Below are positions 54,901 through 64,000 of a stretch of 64,000 bases of DNA, in pieces (position 1 is the stretch's first letter; each line of letters opens with the position of its first letter). The notes beneath the pieces were generated by a model, which did not search any database, had not been told where the DNA came from, and saw nothing but the letters and a program-made list of their open reading frames with translations. The translations under genes and the position numbers were made by a program. The stretch lies in contig JAYWIR010000003.1 in assembly GCA_036172245.1 (NCBI GenBank), positions 310,001-374,000 on the forward strand. Direction: 5' to 3'. Source of the stretch: Raillietiella orientalis (lineage: Eukaryota).

Positions 54901-55775
54901 CATATTGAATGAGAAACTCTGAACGTGTACGAAAATAGTTTGGGAGCTAGAGGTGGAAAGCAGGCGTTTTGGATACCTTGTAGATTTTGTAATGGACATG
55001 TCATGGTATATTCAAGTCTTTAGGTTTAAGATACATATTTTCCATTACTAAGCATAAGTTCCGTCGTATGAAAAAGAATTGCGTTCTTGTGGAGGAAAAA
55101 ACAGGAATAAAGGATTTCGTTTCCTGATATGATTCTGTTAATGTAGGTGCAACATAGCTCTGATTTCATAGAAAAAGTTGCCAAGAAAATTATGAAAAGC
55201 TAAAGTTTTTGCATTATATATAATGTGGACGCTTAATCCAAATGGCATGTTTCTTAGTGAGAACTTTAATAAGTGCACTTCACAAAGTGCTTTGCCTGCA
55301 CTTGACTGGGAAAGTAAGCCGGGAAGGGGGCGATCGTTCGTGCGAATTTGTAAGTTCACGGACCATTTGAAAATATTAAAAATTTTAAAATGGTCGATTT
55401 CATGGCGAAAATCGACCTGGGATGTACCAGCGGTTTAGGGTTTGCACAAGAATGTAAAGTCACTTAAATCTTAAGCAGCGTTCCGTTTGCACTATTCAGG
55501 AAATTTCCCCATCCCTTTTAAAAGAATTTCTATAGAAAAGTTACAGCTGAAAACAAACATTCGTTCTAAAAATTAACATTTGACTTAATGCCGACTTTAC
55601 TCGGTATGTGCATACTTTTAAAATAGCTTTTCATCATTCTAAAGAATTAATATGTAAAGTGCATGATAATTATCTTGCATTATCGCGTACTCATCTTTTG
55701 AAGGAATACTGTTCCCCAAAACATTAGCATGATAGTTATCTTCACAATCCTTTAAGAACTTTATTCACAAACTGA

Positions 55776-58700
55776 TCATAAATAATACATGCACTTTATC
55801 TTAGCCATGCAAACAGTGATGCAGCTGATAAGTGTCAAACAAGTGATGCAGAATACGATCACTGCCTGAAGGCATTTTTGGTGAGTATTCCATAAATGGA
55901 AATCTTGAATATATGAGTAGCGATTCCTTAAATGAATTGGAAGTTCAAACTCAGACTGATTTGGAAAAAGGGATTCATAAAATTCAATTAATGCGAATTT
56001 GATCTTCATGTTCTCTTCTCCTTTGTTTGCATCCATATCATCATTAAAACAAATGAATTTTCTGCACACAAATGCCCATCATCATCAGATAATGCACAGT
56101 TACCTTGGTGATTGACGTACTTCATCTAAATGAATTCTCACAGAAGTCCAATTAGAAGTAAGCATCTTGAAAGAAACTGATGATTCATCCGATATTTGAA
56201 AGGGGAACTTCTTCTTTGGTCCAGCATGCTGATGAACCAAATTGTGTAATGGTTTACACTGCACTATAAAATCTATTGTAATATTTTTCTATAAAAATGA
56301 AAACATTTCTTCCTTGTGTGCAATCAATGTACTGTACTCTACCATGCTGCTGTTGGCACGACATTGTTCAATCAGAAGATTGAACTGCTCCAAAACCTGT
56401 GCAGACAAAGGCACACCATACAACTGAATCAAGAAAGTGTATACTTCTTCCTTGGACCATTCTCTACAAGACGTAAAAATCAATAAATTGCATTATATGC
56501 ATGCACACTTTACAAACCCAGAACCATCATTATCAACATTGGCAAACGCAGCTTGCAGATCAAATGGCAAGTTTTCACTCATTATATAATACATGTACAC
56601 AAATGCAAACTGTAGATCATCACTGGCACGTATCTGATGAGAGGCTGTCTGCTGAAATTGGTGCTCAAATCTAAAGTGACATGATGAAAAATCTACAAAC
56701 ACAACATCATTAAGTACCTGTTGTAAAGTTCCATCATCATGAGCTTATCAATAAGATGAGGCATGTGTGCTGGAGCACGTCGAGACTGCAATCCGTATTC
56801 TGCATTTAGTAGTCTATTAGCATGTTGCAAGCTATCGCTGTACACATCTAAGAGCTGTCTACTTGGTTTTCGAATGTTGCTAAAATTTGATTTAAAACCA
56901 TGGTTCAAATGATCTTTTTGTCTTGTAGCCCATGTACTCCAGAACATTGTCTCAGAAACATTGCTATGAAAGACCAAATCAGACTTTTTCCAATTTGTTG
57001 CATTGTACAAATAAGTGAGGATAACTTTGCTTCTTTTCTGGAGAAAACCCTTTGGAGTAAGATAACCAAGATTCAGTTCTTGTTGGAAGTGTGCAATATG
57101 CAACATAACTGAGCTAGGCAAGTTTGATGAACTCATATTCACATTAGATAGTAGTGATAGCAGCTGTATTTCAATAGATGACTGCTTTTGGATTTGGGGA
57201 TTTGCCTGAATTACAAATCTTAAAGGCGAAATTGTAAGATTCGGATTTTCCTTTTTTCTTTTATGTTGATTGGAAATTTTAGCATGTGATTCTATTCTGA
57301 AAGAAATCTTAACCAACATTCAATTCATTCTATTATAAGTGTGCTTACATAAAATGGAAACTGAGCATGCCCACTGAGATGAACAAAGATTGATGCAGGA
57401 TGTTCAGAATTCAAAAGAAGAACAAGCAGCTTTGAGTCAACAAGCAGCACAGCCGTCTTCAAAGAATTTGTGCTCTCATAGTACCCAGTAAGTGAAGTTG
57501 GAGAAACAGTCCAAGCAGAGGTGAAGTTCACTATGACAACTGTTTCACCTATAATTATAAATAAAATATGTCACATTAATTAAATTAAAATTAATCAAAA
57601 TTGATTAAAAAAATATAAAACAAACACCTACCAATAGGTATGTAGTATTGCAAAATAGTAGGATCGAAATCAATAAAATACAACAAAAAAAACAGAGAAT
57701 ATCCACAGTCTCCAGCATCAAAAGCACACTCTTGTACATTACAACTCTGGATAAAAATGTAAAATGCTCGATTTTTTTCTTCCTGATTACCTGATCACAG
57801 TTCTGATCACCTATCCAATCCAGAGAACATCCAGAAATGCATTCATTAGAATGATCAATCTTATCAGTAAACACATCCAAATGAATTTTTGCCTCACAAT
57901 CCCCACCATCCCAAAAGCATGGAGAGTTATTGCAAGCTGTATCACAATATCCATCATGGATCCAAGATGCAGGACATCCTTCTTGACAATCTGGCACTGG
58001 CCAAGCTAAGTAGATTTTTTGTCCTGTGATGGGAGAATAGAAGTCATCTGGCCACACTGGCTTGCCAAACATAGTATCATCATTCAAATATAAAAATTTA
58101 TCTGAGAGCAAAGGAATTCTTTGAAACTCGTACAAAAAAAACTGATCAATCAAACTCACTTATGTAGCTGAGTTTCAATGGCAGCACTGTTAAAAGTAGG
58201 CAACCAAGATGAATTCTGAAAGAGTTCTTCATGTGTAACAATGGTGATTTTAGGGTTATTAAGATCAAGCCAATGAGGAATTTGACCATCAGTTACCAAA
58301 AAAATGTGCCGTATCCAAGGTGCATTTTTTTCCAAGGAACGAAGTGAATATTTGAGTTCCTACAAGAGAAATATGTTGTTGCACTTCTATATTCAAACCT
58401 CATGATCTGCAAACCGAGAAATGTGCAGTTTGTCTTCTAATGAAATATCAGGTAAGATCTTTACTAAAAAATGAGCTGCAAACATGGAAATTTGGTCCTC
58501 TTTTAGAGTGAAATTGAGATGCTAAGGAGACACAAAGTTAAACTGACAGATTAAAAACCGATACAACAAATACTTTTGTTCAAGATTCCTTACTTTTGGC
58601 AATTGATTCCTTGCATGTGATGATCTAAGAATCAGAATGCAAGTCCTACTGTCATAGCAGTGGAAAACCGTCATAGCTGCATGCACATATTTGGGCATTA

Positions 58701-60094
58701 CTTCCAGCAATGACTTTTTATTTAACAAATCGGATTTACTTGTCAACATGATGGCATGCTGCAAACTTGGAATCACTACTGATGGATGTTCTCCTATTAT
58801 GGAAAACTCAAATAAATCAAAAAGTTATGGGAATGGCAAATTGCTTGCCCCTCAAATTTCAACAAACCTGTTGTCCAATAAACTAGAGAGACAGAAACAT
58901 TTGGTACATTATGCAACAGGTGGTACAATGAAATGATCACATTTTCCAGTTTACTATAATATGCATATACAACCCAACTTTGAGTAACTTCTGAGACCTC
59001 AAATTCTTCTATCTTGTCCAAATTCAAAACTTTAGTTGCATTATTCAACAATTCAGCAACAAATGGTAATAATTTTGAGAACCTAAAAACTCATTCAAAG
59101 ATTAAAAACAAGATATAGATCCATTAAAAAATGACTCTATCATGCCTACTGAATAAACAGTCTACATAACATTCTAAAGTTTATTAAATTAAATTAAATC
59201 TAAAATATATTTCAGTTCAAAAAACATACAATAGAGCAAAGAAAACATCTTATGATTTTTAAAGATATTTTGAATGCATCATCATGAAAAATAAAATTGA
59301 GGAAAACATCAAAGAAAACTTTTTGAATGATATCATGTGCAATTACATTAAAAATATTTTATGCTTTATTTTCAGACAAAGCAGCATTTAATAATATATC
59401 ACATTTCCTAAACTGGGCTTATCAATAATCAATTTCAGAGGTTTTGATTGTGGTGGTGAACCTTATTTTGGCATGCACCATAAAGGAAATTTAGCATTTT
59501 CTGTAAATGTCGATAATTAATTCAAATTATACTTACTGAATCACAAGATAATTTGACAGAATGCAATTCACGCAATGTTTGGATTTCAAAATGTGTTTCA
59601 ACTTTGACTTAGTAGCATGATATTTAAAAAAAATCAATTTCTGCTGAAATACTGGATCACTTCCATTCACCCAAGTGTAAACAGCATCTATTGGAGAGTA
59701 TTGGCAAATTCTGTAGATATATAAATAACATAAAAAAAAAAAAATGCATCTTAAAAACTGACTTATTTCGGAGTGCAGAATTTACAGATGGTCTGAAGTC
59801 TTTTGATTCTTCAGTTAGGTCAGGAAATACTGAAACCTGAAATTATAACGACTGTATTAGATACCTTAAAGAGATACAGGATTTAAGAAAGCATCTCAAC
59901 AATAAGAATGAGGAATTTTTCTAATTTTAAGTTCTACTGAGTCCAGCTTATATTTCAGTTGCAAATCAAAAAAAGGAACACACCTTAAATTGGGAATATA
60001 ATGTAACAACTCCAACTCCAATCAAAAGTATTCCAAATACATTGTTTGTGTGTTGAAATCTGCTTTTAGAATTAAGACTTAAAAATTTATGCAT
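55776..60094 (-). CDS. GNPTAB: N-acetylglucosamine-1-phosphotransferase alpha/beta precursor
   Basis: N-terminal TM segment, Stealth CR1 [16 protein letters not shown]2 [28 protein letters not shown]...PTFNSAAIE...FLYLNDD, two LNR repeats, [13 protein letters not shown]3 [12 protein letters not shown]-hand DNDGSG, CR4 [10 protein letters not shown]-terminal TM segment. Confidence 0.95.
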
Positions 60095-61149
60095 TGACTT
60101 ATTGCATTAACCAAATTATTATTGGTGGCCTATTGCCCAAGTGTTTGAGGGCCGAGTATATTTTTCAAACTGCAAAAATCATGTATCAAATCAGAAATAT
60201 AAGACAACATCAAACAGAATTCCCATTTTCATGTGGCACTGCGTTTCCATCTAACACCTAGGTAAGCAAACATTGTAATCAATACATTTGGTTTGAATCA
60301 GCATTCAGACAAGTATTCACACAAAGATGCTTTCTTCACACAGCAAAAAATATTGATGCACATGATACACATACGAAACATGTTTTATGTTTAAAGCATT
60401 TCGACAAATCATCAAATTTTATAACCAGCTCTGCAGATGTTCTGCATGTATGCACAATAACAAGGCTATTGCTGGTCTATTTTCGAATTTCGACCCAAAT
60501 AATCATCAGGAAAGCTCCATCCTTAAATGCAGCCCCCCCCCACTAAAGATTCGTCTAGTAGAATAGTACCACGTACCACGATGGAGAAAATAACTACATA
60601 CATGGAAACCCGAGAATCTTTTATTACTTTGTCCCATGAATGATACTCGACAAAAACGTGCAAACAGTGGAGAAAACAAAATCGACCTTTCCTGCAATGG
60701 TGTACCACGAACACCAATGCACCCAATTCGACACGCCAACTTTCTATTCATAACTCCAAACTGGGCTATACATTTCTTACATGCAAAGAATACACATTTG
60801 CTAACTGGACAATTGGTGTAAAGATAGGCTCTATGTGTGCCACAGCGAATGAGTGTTTTTCGTAATTAGTGGTTAAAGAACCGTGGCAATCAGGAAAACT
60901 CGGCCCGTGTCCAAACGTTCCCTTCGCCTGCGCAGCCACTCCGGCGCCGGGTCGGCGCGCGTCCATGAGTGCTGCCCCTTCTCACACGGATTTGTCGGGG
61001 CATTTATTCCAAGAATACTGTTCATAAGATTTTTTCTGTGCTGAATCTTCCAGTTCACCACGTCACAGCAACTTGTCGGTCATAAGTCTTCCTCCTTACT
61101 TTTTAATATCCACTATTTATATTACAGTACCTAATTCTATTTTATGAAT

Positions 61150-62590
61150 AATAGCTTACTAAAAATTAATATTTAAATATAAAACCAAAAGTTTCATCGG
61201 TCCAAAGACTGGCGAGGTCCATTCTGCGGCGAAAAGGAAGGGAACAAACCAACAAAATGAAACAAAAAGTAAAACCAAGGGGAAGGGAAATGTTCTTGGG
61301 AAGGGGAGGACGAGGAAGGGATCACTGTTCGCCCGGATACGTTCTCTAGATCCTGTTTAGGATACCAACAAGATGAGTCCTTTCATGCCCAGGTGGGGCC
61401 GTCTAGATGAGGTCTCCAAAAAGATCGAAGTCCAGTGGATGGCATCACTGCCAGAATGGCAGTGATGCCATCCTCTTCTGGATGCGTTCCAAGCCGCCAC
61501 GATTCCGCGAATACAGCAAAGTACTGCTATGGACGCTGCTAGAGTCAGATCGGCACGCGAAAGGAGGAACCCCAAAATGTCCCTGGGGCCGCCTCCTTGA
61601 ATATTCAAGATGGTCGATAGATCCAAAGGGGTCGGAGGGCGGTGCAGTCCAAGAGAAGATGCGGCAAAGTCTCTTTCTCCCAGCATCTTTCTCAGAGGGC
61701 ATCCATACTACCAAGTGTCCAGTGAGAGAGGCGTGATTTGCATGGGATTCCCCAATGCAACATGAGCAATGACACCTCCTGCCACTTCATGGGGAGGGTG
61801 CACTGTTGCAACACTCTGGGGGTCACTTCAGCTCCTCCGGAGGTAGCACGAGCAGCTCGACCCAGCGTAAGAGTCCTTTTGGCAGGACACCCGGGGTTGC
61901 AGAGTCTGCTAGCTGCCGAGATGTCCACGCGTGTAGCTGTTTCTTCCTGCCATCGATGAGGCAGGTCACTTCCTACTTTGCTGGACCATCGCTGTCCCTA
62001 ACGTTTTCCAAAGAGGGCAGTACTGGGACAAGGGGGTAAATGAGGCCCATAGACGATGCTGTGGGTTCTGAACGATCTCCTGCGGGGTCAGGCGAGCGTA
62101 CCTCCCTCTCCGGAGGCAGGTGTCGTCAGCGTCGCTCGGAAAGTGGATCTTTCCCCATGAAAAAACCGACTCCCGCAGCCAGGAGCTGTAGTTCGCGGGG
62201 AGACAGGAGATCCAGGCGTTCTTCTGAAGCACAGCAGCCACACGACGCAGCTGAAGGCCGCAATGTCTTTGGCTGCGGTATCGAGGATCGACGAGAGTCC
62301 GTAGCAGCTGTTGCTGATTGGGCCAGGAGGCGTGCCGGAGCGCACCAAGGAGTGTTCCACAGTTTGGCTTCCAGGACAGCCCTGAACCGGAGCAGAAGCT
62401 ACATGCGCTTCAACGTAAGGAGGCCCAGTCCACCCTCCCTGTCAGTGCTGCTCCTTGCGTGTGGGAGAGGACGAGTTCTTCTTGGTTTGGGCAACGCGCG
62501 GGGTTCCCTGCGATCCTTCATGCACTATTTCTGCCGTAGCCTTGTGATGGAAGGAGGCATCGAAGATGGAGAAAGAAGTTTTTGACGAAT
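61150..62590 (-). mobile_element. 3' fragment of L1/Tx1-like non-LTR retrotransposon
   Basis: Minus-strand REGGLGLL (thumb) and WGIPCKSRLSHW...*ERCWEKETLPHLLLDC (zf-RVT-like); sharp GC-rich block with AT-rich 3' tail. Confidence 0.78.
61437..61473. repeat. Perfect 17-bp inverted repeat with 3-nt loop
   Basis: GGATGGCATCACTGCCA-GAA-TGGCAGTGATGCCATCC. Confidence 0.95.
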
Positions 62591-64000
62591 TAACCATCGT
62601 GCTTTCGCCAATGATCCTCCTTATACCTACTAATCAAAAATAAATAAATAAATAAATGAAAACCGACAAGCAGATAATTTTGTCTTCCATTAGGTTCCGC
62701 CAAGGAAAGCTAAAGTTGTTGTGGTCCATGGACCAACGAATTTGGATGAAAGCTTTTAAGTTGTCTATAAATGTATGTTTCCCTCCCCCCCAAAAAAAGA
62801 GAGAGAGAGAGAGTGAGAACTGAAATTCCCTTACGAAGACCAAATTTCATAGATTATTTTTTTGACAATTCCTCTATATCTTGAATTGAACGATGATTCT
62901 GTGGACTTTTAAGCTGCAGTTATCCCAAATAACAACTCTGAATGAACATCAAAAGTTGATGTTGCACACTTTTGCATCGAAGAACACTTATCGAAACACT
63001 CATCGGAAACTTTGTATTCACCATAGAAAGCATCTAGATGTAAAAATCGGCAAACTTTCTTAAAGTCTGTTGAATGTTTCTAGTGTCATTTGAATTTTAT
63101 GACTAATCACAGATTTTCCAGAGCTCATACCACATCTACTTCGAATACTTTAGAGTTTTTTTGAGTTTCTTTATTTCCTGTCATCCTGTTCTCACCAATG
63201 AAGAACTGATTCAAAATAAATCAAAAATCTTCAACTGAGAAACACTTATATGAAGGATTCCTCCATATTTATTGTGGCTTCTACTTAGGTTGTGTGATGG
63301 CATGTAACTGAAAGTCTATTCTAAAGGTATTCTCTACAAAAAGGTAAAATAAAAATCATAATATGCTTTCTAAAATGGACTTAATTCCCAATTATTGTGA
63401 AATTAATATATTTCATATATCGAACAGAATATTAATAGAGATTCCTATACTTGAAAGACGTGCTATTTGTTGTTTAAATGACAAAATGACAATTGTGGAT
63501 GAACTGCATCGAACAGTTGGAGGTAAGGACTCTGTTCAAGGTTTATTGTAAACAAGCGACTAGAAATAATACATAACCAGAAATAGCACGTTGTCATGGA
63601 GGGTTTTTCGGAGGTATCATCATCAAAACTGCAATTGCATGTAGAATATTGAAGAAAAAAAAAGGGAGGGGGATGACAATGTCAATTCTATACCTAACAG
63701 AAAAATTGAGTGAATTGAGCTTGTGCAGCTACCCCATCAAAACGTTTGCTCACTATAAGTGTCCACAAAATTGAAAACAAAAAACGCTGGCATAGCACGT
63801 GACTCAACATAACCTGTGTTTTTGCTGCAAAAGAATTTGCAGGAGAAACACGAAACGCTGCTGAATGACATCATAAGGCAGCACATCTCATTTGTAAGCA
63901 ATTCTTTACAGCAAATATGGAGAAAATCTGTTCCGTGACGCAGCGACAGCGTGGATTGTGTTAGTGATTTCGTGGATATGATCCCATATTGAGAAGTGAG

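Noticed and set aside
62040..62585. 181-aa plus-strand ORF
   Set aside because: Antisense shadow of the GC-rich LINE fragment.

Overview
AT-rich, gene-dense animal (probably arthropod-like) nuclear DNA with spliceosomal introns; no prokaryotic features, CRISPR arrays, rRNAs or tRNAs were seen. Gene models assembled by eye: RSPH9 (minus strand, exons 1-2, 3' part not found in the window), whose ~9.3 kb first intron holds an antisense, divergent cathepsin L paralogue; a canonical cathepsin L head-to-head with RSPH9; EXOC5/Sec10; a UPF0235/C15orf40 homologue; RPS13 tail-to-tail with WDR55 (stop codons 16 nt apart); virilizer/VIRMA; and GNPTAB. Also present are three decayed L1/Tx1-like non-LTR fragments, a possible decayed LTR element with an env-like region, and several long palindromes. 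The most notable signals are ultra-short introns (36-47 nt) with weak acceptor signals, the nested cathepsin duplicate, two candidate spliced orphan genes (one with three CxxC motifs), a candidate intronic H/ACA snoRNA, a possible dual-frame C-terminus of virilizer, and patchy CpG depletion suggesting gene-body methylation. I found no firm evidence of a new multi-gene system. All identifications come from motif recognition without database searches.
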